A DNA stretch of 60,706 nt, the filler included, from Sphacelaria rigidula (lineage: Eukaryota), in NCBI GenBank assembly GCA_964200075.2. It is 7 parts of 7 records of this genome, joined end to end, with 100 filler letters (N's around TTAATTAATTAA, not from the genome) between each part and the next. Parts side by side here need not be neighbours in the genome. Positions count along the whole stretch, not along the records: positions 8,689 to 17,276 come from CAXNAA020010687.1; positions 17,377 to 25,963 come from CAXNAA020010688.1; 5 more parts are not named here. One strand, 5' to 3'. The position numbers and the translations under genes were made by a program. How positions within the stretch are numbered: the stretch's first letter is position 1; the number at the start of each line of letters is the position of its first letter. A model generated the notes under the pieces. It did no database searches. It worked only from the letters and a program-made list of their open reading frames with translations, and was not told the DNA's origin. This document shows, piece by piece, positions 10,898-23,800 of the stretch.

Positions 10898-13800
10898 TGG
10901 AGTTTTAGTTATTATGTCACTTGAACGTCATTGCAGTGTTCAACCTCATTTTCGAGGATCCCCTGTTGACTGTTGGGCATGATGTGAGAAAAAAATCCAG
11001 ATCGTGTAACTTCACCAAGATTCGGACCCAAGTCCCAGCCGTCAGGAGGTTTCGATGTCAGGCCGTGTACTATCGAGTAAAAGAAAGCATGAGGGGGGAC
11101 CAAGAAACAAGAAGCACATCCATTCGTCGCCGCGATATCACCCCCCACACACACACACCCAAAACAAAGGCGGCCGTGCTTTTTTTCATGTGGTGGCGCT
11201 TTCGGGGGAGGCAGTGGGGCTTCGATGAAACAACTATTTTAGAATTCAGGCTATTCGACAACATAGTTTTGGGGTTGTCGCCATGAAGGGTGATATATAT
11301 TAAACCAGCGGCGCAATGATCCGTGCTATGCCACACGCCTGTCACATAGCTGGGACCTGAGACATGATAAGCTGCATAGATTTCCGATCTCACCGTCCCA
11401 GCATAGAAAAATGATAGTTCGAGCCATAGCTTTTGATCGACTGAGTACAACGTTCTTTGTTCGGGGAAAATTGGTTCAACATTGAGTGAGACACAATGAT
11501 CTCTGGGAAACAGGCGCCGTAAAACACACCGAGAAACAGTCAAGAACTCCATCTTGAGCGAGTTTTGTTGCACAAACACGACCCGTCTTCTTCTAATATC
11601 AAATGGATTGCCGTGTGAAACAAAGAGCACTGAGCATAGATGCGTGACAGCTAGCGTCAGGTGTGCTAAAACAGTTGTGCCGTGGATGTCTGGATGTATT
11701 TGTTCGTGGTGTGCTGTGACGGTGTAACTTGATTCAGTCATGCAATCCATTCAGGGCCTTTGAATTTCCAGACCTGTCTCCCACTGGGCCCAGTGCGGAA
11801 AGGATCACCGTTCTTCCCAGAGAGCCAGTTTTGTAAATCTTCATTCGGACCCAAGGTGGTTTTTGTGTTCCGGCATAAAACATGATTATTTCACTCTCCA
11901 TACTTATTTTTCTTGCCGCGATAAGACACGGCCTCATTGACTGAGCCACCGGCGCAACCGGAACAATTGAAGAGTGCAAAACAATCACTTGTCAATCATC
12001 GACCTCCTGTACATACCACCAGTAGTAACAAAGGATCATGAAACATGAGGTTGAACACTCAAATGGGGTTGAAGTTGCCTTCGAAAAATAGTATTATTCT
12101 GTGTACTTATGCAAAAATAACCGACTAGCTGAGGATTTTTCATGTCTGCTGAAACTTCTCCTTGTCTACCTCGTCGCGGATTGTTACTCCGGTGTGTAAA
12201 GCGATATATGCATCTCTCAACAGACGATTCTATAAAATGAGGTTGTACACTAAAATGAGGTTCGAACCCAAAACAGAGCAATGCTACGGTAGGGGTGCAC
12301 TTTTCGCGCGAAATCTTGTCTAGTTCAGGGGCTCCTAACGATCCGAGATCCACAAGAATATGGGTCAGGGCATCCTCGTTTGCAAGTTCATTCCGATATC
12401 CCAAGCACATTGGAGCAGTAAGCCTGGCGTACTCTCACATATTTTCATAGATCGCTCTGCTTCGCTTCACACTTCCAATTTTCCTATCCTTTCTCGCATT
12501 GGAATGGAATGGGAAAGGGACAGAAGAGACATACGCCCTCAATGAAGAAAAGCAAGAACGGCATACAAGCAGAAGAAGGGATGGAAAGAAAGTAGGGACC
12601 ATAGATTGACGATGACAATTCTTTCGCGCATCGCACCACGCAAATTCCAGACATTATCGTTCTAGTCCGAGGGACGTTCTTCCACGTGCGCAAGGGTGCG
12701 CAGGAAGGCGGAGCTGAGACCGGAGTCGTCGCTCGGCAAGTTCCCGCTAGGTTCTCTCAATCTATCCCTTGGCCACTACTTGTAGATCCGTCTTGACGTA
12801 CACGTACAACACGTGCCTCCCGGAATGCCGGTGGGCACCGAACGAGACAAACGCGCTAGTGCCACCCCCAGTAGCGCAATCGTTCTTGAGCTAATTTCAC
12901 TGCGAACGGAACTGCGTGACGTAGTGGGCGCCCACCCAGATGAGTTACACAACCGAGATTAAGGAGTACTCTACGCCTGAAGAGATAGCCTTGGACGCGT
13001 CGGGGGGGACGCCAACGACTGCGTCGACAGAAGCAGCACTCGACGAAATAAATAGGCGGTCGGGGGCGTTGATAGCCGAGAAAGGCAGGAAATTCCAAAA
13101 CCACATGTCCGATGGGATGATCCCGCATGAAGGACGAACTCCCGCCCCAGGGTAAAAAAAGTCAAGACAAGTACTTCCCAACAATAAATCATTCACGGCG
13201 GCCTGCAGAGTTCTACTCTTTCCGTGAGGAACCATGAAGATAGCTGGGTCTCGCAAAGCCGCAGATTGCTCGGGCGTTCTCGTCCGCAGGCTGTGGTCGT
13301 CTACGGAGCAAGTAACGTGGCGCCTCCACGAGAACCCTACAGATTTTCGCGTGAGCAAAACCAGTTGGAGGTTGCTGGCGCGTGTCCGGCCAGTTCGCTG
13401 GCACGTGAGGCTTGCATCCTTGGCAAATGGCTTCGAAAACGCTCGCCGTGTTGCCTATTTGATCACCGCTTCCGGGTAAACCGCCGTCTGACACGACGAA
13501 GTCGCGCGCTTCCGCCAGCTTCAGCTGGCGAAGGTTAGTTGGCATTTGGGAGAGTTAGACGATGAAAGAGAGCTACGTAGCCGAATCAGTCCCAGGGTGG
13601 TTGGATTCAGGAAGTGCGATTTAGTGAAAATCTACCCGGCCAGTCAGAAACGAAGGGTTCGTCCGGTCGGTCAGAATAGAACCGCAGGATTGCATAAGTC
13701 CATCTGCAGAAGGCCTTCGGTGCACCTTTCCTAGCTCTGCTGCCTCTTTAGGGCCAAGCACCTTTGATCCATCGACTCTTTGGGGCTCTGAGGGCGTGTC

Positions 13801-14057
13801 TTAGCACTTTCGTTTTCGATCGAAAAATTGCGGTCGAATTTGTTTTTGCCGATCTCATAGACCCACCGCATTCACGTTCCTTGAAGGCTTCAACTCAAAG
13901 TTATAAACTAGCGGCGCGCGGAGAAGAATGTAACGAGGTATAAAACAATCGTTTGAGATTGAAAACATGCGTTCGAAAGGCACGAAGCGGCACTTGACTC
14001 CTATCTTTCAAATAGGCTTCTATTTGTGATGCAAGGAAGGTCATTTTTCATGCTAGT

Positions 14058-14262
14058 GATAGCGAGTTTCGAAAAACGTTTTTTTTTCATTTCAGAGCGC
14101 AAATATCTCAGGAGCAGAGTGCAGATGAACAAAAAATCACTCATCGACAAGAAGTCAAGGGAATACCACATTTGACGGAAGGGAAACTAATTTTCGTTAC
14201 ATTCTGATGCTGAGATATTTTCACTCTGAAATGACAAAAAAGGGTTTTCCGAAAATCTCTAA
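14058..14262. mobile_element. Small MITE-like inverted-repeat element
   Basis: tcatttcagagcgcaaatatctcag (~14087-14111) versus ctgagatattttcactctgaaatga (~14210-14234); flanks extend the symmetry imperfectly. Confidence 0.6.
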
Positions 14263-14414
14263 TATCACCAAAAATAATGCTCGTAAAGTGGAATTTATGC
14301 TCGATTCATGCTCGCAACGTGGAATTCATGCTCGATTATGCTCGTAATATCCAACAAGGATAGCATTCTCGACCGGATACAGATCCACCGATCACTAGAT
14401 GCATGTTATATATA

Positions 14415-15945
14415 CAGTGGGGGGCTCTCAGTAGTGCCGGTATGTGCCCACCACGGACACCGGCACTACTCAGAGAGCCCGGCACTACTCTGAAAAGTGC
14501 CAAAACAGGTGCAATTGAGGGCTCTGAATACCTCAGTAGTGCCGGTTCCGGCAATACTGACGACCGTCCGTTCGTACAGTGCTACGCTTGATCTTCGTGG
14601 GACCAACGGAAGCACAAAACGGACAAGGACCTTTGCTTCAAGGGGTTTCGATGGGATACGTCACGTAAGATTTCGGGGTTTCAGAACTAAACCCGATGTT
14701 TTCTTGTTTCTCACATTCAACTTGATTGATCCTATTCACAGGTTGATCATTTCCTTCCCTACTAGCACAACAGCAGCAGTACGGCCACAAAAGTTGCTCA
14801 TGCCGAAAGACCTTCCCGACAAGAAACACAAGGACGAATCTGCACCCAACGCAGCTATCAAGGTGCGGCATTTGGTGTGGAAAAGAACTCACGAAAGAGT
14901 ACAACGCCCACCGGAAGGAGTGAGCGAGAAAGAATGAACGACACCCCTTTTCACTTCCTACCGGCTACCGAGACAAGGAGAGAGGGAAACAAACGGCCTC
15001 GAAAAACAAAAACACCGATGCAGCAAACTAGACACGACTCCTCCCGTGGCTGTGCTCGGGCGTAGATGCTACGGGTTACCTGATAGAAAATAACATCAGT
15101 GAAGCAATCACCAAAGAAACCACCTGTGACTTGCATTAGCCCCCGCATCTCCCTCCTGATTCCGTCGGGAAAAACTCTCTCAAGTCTGCTTGGCGCGTTC
15201 GCTTGTTGGCATACGCTTCAATCATCTCCATCCTTGGTTTGGACAGGTACAAGGCTGCGTTTGCATTCCCACTGTCCTGCGCTGCCCTCTCCAGGATGCC
15301 GAAGTGAGACGAGAGTTCATCGTAGGGCGGTGGGGCACCATTCTCGCTCCCCGTGCTCTCGTCGTCATCCTCCTCGTCCTCCTCTTGCTCCTCCTCCGAG
15401 TCCCCACCATTGGCTCTCCCATCCAAGAGGGCCGTGAGTTCCTCCGCTGCGTCCGTTCGCATGGCCTCTTCCACGTCTGTTTTCGCGCGTTTGCTTGTAG
15501 ACTGCCCCGATCCAGCACCCTCGAATGAAACCTTTGTGCGCTTGCCCTTTTTTTGAAGGCACTTGCTGCAGATGCGGTGCATTTCGTTGTCGCCAAACAT
15601 GCTGCCGCAAATACCGTGGAGCCTCCCGCCACATGTACCCTGGCAACCGTGGCCATGACGGCCTTATGGCGTCGTGGCCTGCACCAGGCACAGTTCACCT
15701 TCCGCACAAGGCATGTTGTGTCCCTACATTGCAAGGTTTGCCCTAGCACGTACCCTGCTATACCCCTACTGGTGCTTGGTTGGTTGGGGGTAAGGCGTGC
15801 GTGAGTGTGTCCGGAACCGGCACTGCTGAGGGTACAAAACCGTCCAAACCGACACTACTACGAACTCTGGCTGTGCCCGGAGATTTTACCGGCATTATAT
15901 AGGTCGTTGGCACTATTCAACTGGCACTACTGAGAGCCCCCACTG
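14415..15945 (-). mobile_element. Non-autonomous Tc1/mariner-superfamily (pogo-like) TIR element
   Basis: TIRs CAGTGGGGGGCTCTCAGTAGTGCC ... GGCACTACTGAGAGCCCCCACTG, flanked by TA on both sides; subterminal GGCACTACT motifs; internal minus ORF 15136-15600 has an acidic tract and ends RQADLREFF, like pogo-family transposase C-termini. Confidence 0.85.
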
Positions 15946-16038
15946 TACTAGAAATGGATCACAATATACCCGATTCTGGCCATATTCTGGAAGTATTACG
16001 AGATTTTTTCTGAGATCTGTTTCGAGAAATCGAGGTTT

Positions 16039-17276
16039 TTGTCCCAAAACGTCCCAGTTCAGTACCCAACCGGTCCACCACCTACTAGCCTCGAGATGGA
16101 CTCGCCCCCCTGCTCACCCCCAATTCACCGAAAGGGCCCTGAACTATCTTTGGGTCGCCGCTACGCAATGCCGATAGAGATTGTTATGGGCGTTCAACCA
16201 GAATTGACAAGGATTCCCAAGGGCGTGCTCGATCTGATCTACGAGCGCTACGGTGTTGAAAGGAAGTACCCATCCAAACTGAGAAAAAAGGCTCAAGACC
16301 AGATCGACGAAACCCAGGAGCTCGACCTTTCGAACATCAAAAGGGCTGGGCAACCCTCGCTTCTCACTCCAACAAAGGTTGCGGCGCTGAGTAAGGTCAA
16401 CACGCAGAATCGGTCATTTACGCTTAGACAGGTGTCTAATCAGTTGAAGGATATCGGGCTGGATTACGGTACAGAAACCGTGAGGCGGTGGTTTTCGAAA
16501 GAAGGGGCGGCAAAGGTGGCTCGCCGCATCAGACCTTCCCTTTCCCCAGCCCAGAAGAAGCACCAAATCGACTTCATCTGCGATCAGGTGAACGAGACAA
16601 CCGGGGAATACCGGGACCAGGAAAACGTCGTCCACTTGGACGCAAGCTGGTTCTTCCTTTTGAGGAACAAGGAGGAGATCAGAATCACAAGAGTCACTTC
16701 CCAAAGATCATGATTATAGTGGCAAACGCCAGGCCGGACCCGACCCACGACTCCGACGACAAGATCGGCCTCTGTCGCATTTGTGTCACGAAAACCGCTG
16801 AGTGATCCTCCAAGAGGAGGAAGAGGGGGGAAGCGTACGAGTTCGACTGTACCATCGACGCGGAGTAGTACAAGGAGTGGTACATCGACCAACTGCTGCC
16901 TGCGGTCAAGAAGATGCCGTGGCAGCGTTCGAAGCGCGTGGTAGAGCAGCAGGACGGCGCGAGCCCCCACACTGGGAATAACAATCCGGAGATTCTTAAT
17001 TCGGCACGGATGGGGCGGGGGTGGTTCGTAGAGCTTTTGACCCAGCCTTCCCAGTCGTCTGATTAGAATATCAATGATTTGGGTTTCTTTGTGTCTCTCA
17101 AGTCAAGGGTGTGGGGGATGAATGCGAGTACAGTAAACGAGTTGATAGAGACCCTCTTCCAGCAGTACGAGGAGTACGACGATGACACGTTAGAAAGGGT
17201 GTGGCAAAGCCTTTTCAAGGTTTACAACCAAACAATCCGTAAGATGGGCGATAACGACTTTAGTGTGGAGCACACC
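16039..17276 (+). pseudogene. Decayed mariner-like transposase (plant-mariner/DD39D-related, D-D40-D spacing)
   Basis: Motifs VHLDASWF, PKIMIIVANARP, KIG, QQDGASPH, QPSQSSD*NINDLGFF and GDNDF; one frameshift near 16690 and in-frame stops; truncated by the spacer. Confidence 0.93.
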
Positions 17277-17376
17277 NNNNNNNNNNNNNNNNNNNNNNNN
17301 NNNNNNNNNNNNNNNNNNNNTTAATTAATTAANNNNNNNNNNNNNNNNNNNNNNNNNNNNNNNNNNNNNNNNNNNN

Positions 17377-17646
17377 TGTCTCACCATTCAAACACTACGT
17401 AGTACGATCATCCCCATTGTGCGGAGTTGAGGTTCTCCCACGCCGCACAACATGATGTTGCTCGACCACCAACATGGTTGCCGCAAAAAAACGCAAGCGC
17501 GCGAAAAAATCGTCAACCTAGTTGCCTAGCTTACGCAGTGAGTGGCGTGTTTTACAGCGTCATCGCCAAGCGACGCCAACCCCATCGGGGGTCCGCCCCT
17601 GCGAAGCTGGACGGAGCACGCCGGGTTCTCGCCGGACCAGGCTGGT
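17377..17646 (+). mobile_element. Dispersed repeat family 1 fragment
   Basis: 17388-17583 matches ~46529-46648 plus ~46860-46932; gacggagcacgccgggttctcgccggaccagg recurs at ~46307 and, reversed, at ~26118, ~52139 and ~57102. Confidence 0.8.
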
Positions 17647-17675
17647 CTACTGGGGGGGGAGGGGTCGCCCTGTAC

Positions 17676-17852
17676 CTTATCTGTCGGCCGGATGCTGCTG
17701 CCCTCCCCCTCGCGCTTCAACACCTTAAACTTCCCGCAACTGAGGCTATGCAGCGTCCTCTTCACGATATCCTCGCTCAGGTGGAGTCGGTTGGCCACCT
17801 CGCCCAGCACCAGCATGTTCTGCTCCGTGCTGAACATCATCAGACAACATGC
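17676..17852 (-). CDS. CUL1: Cullin exon: ACCLMMF...LHSLSCGKFKVLKREGEGSSIRPTDK
   Basis: tacag acceptor, GTACAG donor, 177 nt. Confidence 0.92.
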
Positions 17853-20800
17853 CTGTAAATATTGTTCATTTTGCGTTGCGACACAAGAGTAAATGAATGA
17901 ATGGATGCATGCATGGAGTTGAAAATAAGCACACACAAAACTATATACCCGTTAACAGTCCTTACACTGCTTCAATCGCAGCATTCCCTTGATGAATGAA
18001 AGAAGGATTTTCTCCTGTAATGCAAGAGCCTCTAAATAAAACCTTGGGAAAGATACCATTACGTCCACATTTTTGCACCGACATACGACACATGCCGACA
18101 TCTTTCCAGCAGCAGGGGCAGTACATGACACTCATTTATCAGCCCATCGTCCATTTGTTCTTCTTCGTCATTTGCATTTCACTCATTTATTTTGTACTCT
18201 AATTTGTCCGACTTTTTTTTTCTTTGTTTTCGTCAGTTGCCTTCTTGGCTCCGAAAGAGGAGGGTACCAACCTGGAGGCGACAAAATATTCAAATATTAC
18301 CAATCGAGGGAATAAAAACATGTTGAGTGGAAGCGGGGAAATCTCCAACTAACCGATTGAATTAAATTTGTCTTTTTTTTTCTGCATGAGTCATCATTTG
18401 TTTTGAGGTGACAAATGAATGCGGGGGAGAGACGTACCTGGAGGGTGGTAATCTGCAAATCGTATTGTTTTTGGTACTTGGCTCGAATCGTCACGTTTCC
18501 CAAGCTGTGAGCCCATCCCAGCCGACGGTGTCTGAGATCGACAAGAAGAAAAAACAGCGGCGACGAACAACAACGAACAAGCGGTAGGTGCGGCGTGATT
18601 TGTTGTCTAGACTTGAACAGATACAAAGAAAAGAAACGAAAGGAAGAGAAGAGTATCTCAAGAAAAAGGGAGAAAAATGACCAAAAAAATGACAAATATA
18701 TATATATATATGTATATGGAAACGCGATGTATTGCAACGCAAACGCTGTCGGAGTCACATGCACGTGCAAAACACTTCTCTACCCACACCGGCGCAAATA
18801 TATATATATATATATTCCACACTCGCCTGCGCTACTCGTAACTTGTCCTAATTACACCTGACACGGCACACAACATGACAACACTTACTTGAACCCGCGC
18901 ACCCGCCGCCGACCTGTTTCCTCGACGCCATACGACTGATACTACAGTCAGAAGTGGGGGTTCCAAGCCACTTTTTGCACGAAGGATTCACTTTAAAGCG
19001 TGTCCATGAGGCAGAAAAATTCACTTGAACGGCCTCGGTATCATCATCATTACACCACCATTCACTCACCCAGCTAAACGCTGATACCAGCACCTATAGC
19101 ACTCCACCGCGAAGACCACCCCCTCTCATTTACTACTACCCTTAGGTGATGAATTCTTGGTCTCCAAAAGTAATCCTTGAGTGGTACATACACTACACAC
19201 CGTAATGGGGGGGGGGGGGAGCATTCTTACCCGTTCCCCGTGCAGGTATGGTGATGGTGACACACCGTGTATAATACTGTGAAATAAAAATGCTGGGCAT
19301 ATATCTAGATCATAACACGTTCTGGTTTTATTTCTTCTTGATATTCGTTTCTCAGCTGCTACTCTTTCTCCTCTTGTTTCCACACATGTGCTTGCAAGCA
19401 GTGCGGACAGTACAGACTGTTTGCACTGTACTGTACACGAGTGACTATGTACCGTTTCATGAATTTCACCGCCTTTTTTCGATCGAAAGATTAGAAATCC
19501 ATCTGGAACTAACTGCATCAGAACGACAAATTTTCGCCCAAGTCGATGTCACCGCCCCATTTTTTCGATCCGAAAAAAAAGTGCTACTTGTAAGACTTGC
19601 CCTAATAGAGGCATCTCAAACTCGGAGGTTCCTGGTATATTTCACAGTAATTTACAGTCAAATATACCGGGAACCTCGAGTTCGAGATACCTCAAATAAT
19701 CGGAAAAATTTCCCGAAAAAGTCGACAACGGCTGGAAACAAAAAAAGGGGATGGTACTCATAGAAAGGGCACACACGTGATGAGGGGCGCAACGGGGCGC
19801 CAAGCATCTCTTCGCGGATGAAAAAAGAAAAAGACAACGCAGCCAGATGTGATTCTAATAGAAATTCTTTGGGCGTGCAACGCAATGATTTGTCAATTAA
19901 TTAAATAATTAAAGATCGCAATAAATTAATTGAAGATTGTTTGAGGATGGATGGTTAGATTTTATTTCTTGGACAAGGGAAAGACAATACAATAAAAAAA
20001 AGTAAAAATTAATTAATTATTGTTTGGGGATGGGATGGGATGGTTGGTTGTATTTTATTTTTTTGGAGAAAGGACAAGCGAGAGAAAATATACATACATA
20101 TAATTTTAACGACATTTTCCGTTTTGTTTACCTTGGATACATTGAAAATCTGGCACACTCTGGACAACATATGGCCAATAGATGCAATAGACCAAAAATG
20201 TACTGGAAGTATACGCCTATTGCAACCGTTGTCGACTTGACTTGACAATAGTTGTAATACGCCAATACTGAACCCAGTACATTTTTGGTCTACTACATAT
20301 ATCGAACATGTATATTGTCCAGGGCGTGGAATTTGGTGACCACGGCTGGATCCTTCGGGGATCATAAGCTTATGTTCCATTAACAGTCAATCAAATCATT
20401 AAAAAAAAATCACAGACTCACGAGGTGGTCTCGTTGTAGTACTTCTCGAAGACTTGAGTGCACTTCTTCATCGTCTTCGGCAATGTCACCTCCAACGGCT
20501 TGTACGAGGGCCAGTACCCGGTGGTCAGCACCTGCACAAAACAACAAAAAGGGGTGCTATTAGCGCGTATATTTCCCCTCTTCTCGCCCCGACATCTCCG
20601 AAGTCTTCGCACCCTGGACAAAAGATTACACTCTCAAGAAGTGTACTGCGCGCGGTATGAAATGCACTGTCTATTCCAATATACGCAGACGCAACAGTCC
20701 ACCCATACTGCCAAAAAGTGTACTGCATTCAACATGGAATCTACTGTATGTTGCAATTGCCGCAATCGTCTCTACTGTATGCGCGCAAATTTTGATATTA

Positions 20801-23800
20801 TGATCTGTTATCCAGAGAGTGGGATTTACTGGGGGGCGGGGGGGGGGGGATGTCGGAAAGCTGTGAGAGGAGATTTCTTGACCAGGTCAGGCAATACACC
20901 AATCCAACACTGACAACAGAGTTCTCGGAAATCTAGCATCGTTTTTCTTCAGCTTTTTTGTTCTCAAGCAAAATTCGGAAAATAACAAATTTTGCCGGAA
21001 AAGTGAAACAAATGAAAATAAAAATAAAATTAAAAATGCGCAGTTGATTAGAAAACCGGAAGAGTCGATCATTCAGCGTCAGTACTAATATTACAAGAGG
21101 CATATGCTCTTCGTTTACACATGCTCCCCGTGATCGGGGACCAACCGCATTGTAAAGGACCGACCACACTGTAGTGGGAACCCCCACGGTATGCCAAAGC
21201 ACAGCTGCGCTGGTAAAACATTACAATATGGGACTGAGGACCGCACCGTTATGGGACCACGCAATAATACCCGTTGTACCGTTACGGGGGGGGGGGAAGG
21301 GGGGGGAATACTCATGCATACCGAAGTCACATGACCATCGAACTCGCATCCCTAAAAAACCACGACGGAGAACGCCAAGTTGTCGTCAGGGGAGGAAGGG
21401 GAGGGGGATAAGCGCAAACAAATGAGAGGAGGCAACAATCACGTAAAATAAGTCGGAATTGCCGACTTTGAAGGTTATAATAATCAATCCGACGATATTG
21501 TTCCAAAAGGAGGCGTCGCACCTCAAGAATCAGAAAAAACGGAGGGCGGGGAGGGCGGGGGACTGAGGGCTGGGAGGGTGCACTCGCTACCGATAGGACA
21601 CGTGCCTGCACGTTGAAATCAATCTTGTCTACGTCCACGCTCCCGCCGTCCTGCCCATCCTTCAGATACCGTTCGAACGCCGCTTCGTGATCGCCGCCGA
21701 TAGCCAGGTCGTTCATCATGCCCTCCATCTTCGAAGTAAATTGGGATCCACATCGCAGCTTCAGCTTGCCTGCCATGCCACACACCCAGCAGAGCCAGAA
21801 CCAGAAACATATTCAGAACCAGAACCAAAACTAGAACCAGAGCAGGACAGAGCGGTAACCCCCTCCACGACGAGAAAAAAACATCAACAAACACGAACAA
21901 GACCCCCAAAAATGAACACAAAATTCATACACACTCAAAACCAACAGGCCAAGGGCAAGAAGTGGAATAGTTGCATCGCCGGCAGATAATCAACACTTTG
22001 ACCTCCAGGGTGTATCACATTGATGGCCTCTTACCGATTATTTCTGTTACGTCTGTTATACCTATTCTAGTGCAGAAAAGTTCGGCAAGAGCATAATCGG
22101 GAAGAAGCTACACCCGGATTCTAAAAATTGTTAGAAACCCGTGGATACAACAACAAAAATACGCACGTTGTCCACCCGGCAACGCATTGCAAAAATAAAC
22201 ATATACTTCGGAGCATATCTAAAAGATACCACCCGATCATCCTCAACGTATAGTGCCCACGGTCCACCGTATGTACCCAAACTCACTGCCCCCCGCATGA
22301 TAATATGTATGTCATGCATACACCCTGAGCAATAGATGGCATAGTAAAAAAAAAAAAAGTGCAACGCGTACAGTATCGACTATTGCGTCTATTGCAATAG
22401 AAAATAAATTCCATACTGTACACAGTACATTCTTTTTCTGTAGTCTTCTGTCCAGAGTGTTACATCATGTTCCTCATCATGTGGTATTGCAGTGTCACGT
22501 CGTAACGGGCCTTGCTTCCTCGTCCTACGTCGGCCAGTCCAGATATCACAACCCCGAACGACAGGCTGGAAACTCGCCAACAACATGGGTGCTGAGTCCA
22601 TTGAAACCAGCCGTCAGAATGGATCCGAAAATCAACCCTTGCACCCCAAAAGGATTACTCGTACTACAAGATAATTCATCACACACACCCTGGGCAACAC
22701 ATGACGATGTTGTCAAAAACAAAAGTGTACGACGTACGGTATGGAATCTATAGTCTATTGCCACAGACGCAAATAGTCGCTACTGTACTGTACACGGTAC
22801 ACTTCTTAACAACACAATCTATCGTCCAGGGTGTGTGCAATGGATCATGTTGGCAACAAGTGCACGACGTGCAGCAGCGAGTCTGCTGCCTATTGCAATA
22901 GACAACATATGTTGCCCAGGATACGATATTAATCGAAAACCTGAAGGACAAAAACACAAGGAGAGAGAGACAGACAGACAGACAGACAGAGAACAACGCG
23001 ACGACTCACCAATCATGAGCCTCTCCATATCATCCGAAGCCGAGCGTTGGTTGAGCAACCTCTTGGCCAGCTGGTTCCGGTAGATCTCCGCGAACAGATC
23101 TTTGTCCGTCAGGTACGAGAACAGCTGCACCACCTTTGCTAAGTATTCCTCCACCTGCCGTCACGTTATTGTTCATTCATACCAGTCATTATCCACAGTT
23201 CCACCTGTGCTATTGCTTTTTTTTCTTTTCGCAAACATTCCTAGAAAGTGGTACGACATATACCCAGCTGGGCAACCTGCTGACAACAGAGCCGGTCCGT
23301 AATACATTAATAACAACCGCATTGGCCAAAAAACTCAGACCCAGCTTAATTGGGTTACATGACAAACATTGCCCAATAAACCGACTTCATCGATCGACCC
23401 CATCGCAATCCCTACGTGCTATAGTAGTTTTCTTTTGAATTGGGAGATTTTCGTAATTTTTTCGTAGTCGGCGATATTCAATGGATTTTACGCGTACCAC
23501 CCCTAATCTCAGTGCACCGTTGATCCCGAACTTTGGGAGTTGGGATATACTAGGCATCCCCTCCACATTCCGAAACAAGAAACATCTCTACGCTCAATTT
23601 TGAACGATTTCCAACCTGAATTGACAGGGGATGTTACTGGCCGTTTTTGATCCAAAACACATTTTTCTTCGGCTCTAGCGCAATGAATAGATGAAGAAAA
23701 AAAAAGAGTAGGGGTCCATTAAATCATTCGTGAGGGTTATCAGAATGGATTCACCCCGGCTTGTGTTATGCAGAGGTCGGTTGGACAATTTTCGTTCTTG

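Noticed and set aside
12940-13734. Plus-strand spliced gene starting MSYTTEIKEY
   Set aside because: Plausible donor and acceptor, but downstream frames stop early and no family motif was recognised.
20155-22835. Transib/RSS-like origin of CACnnTG-ended MITEs
   Set aside because: No 5-bp TSDs; some ends are TA-flanked, which fits Tc1/mariner MITEs better.
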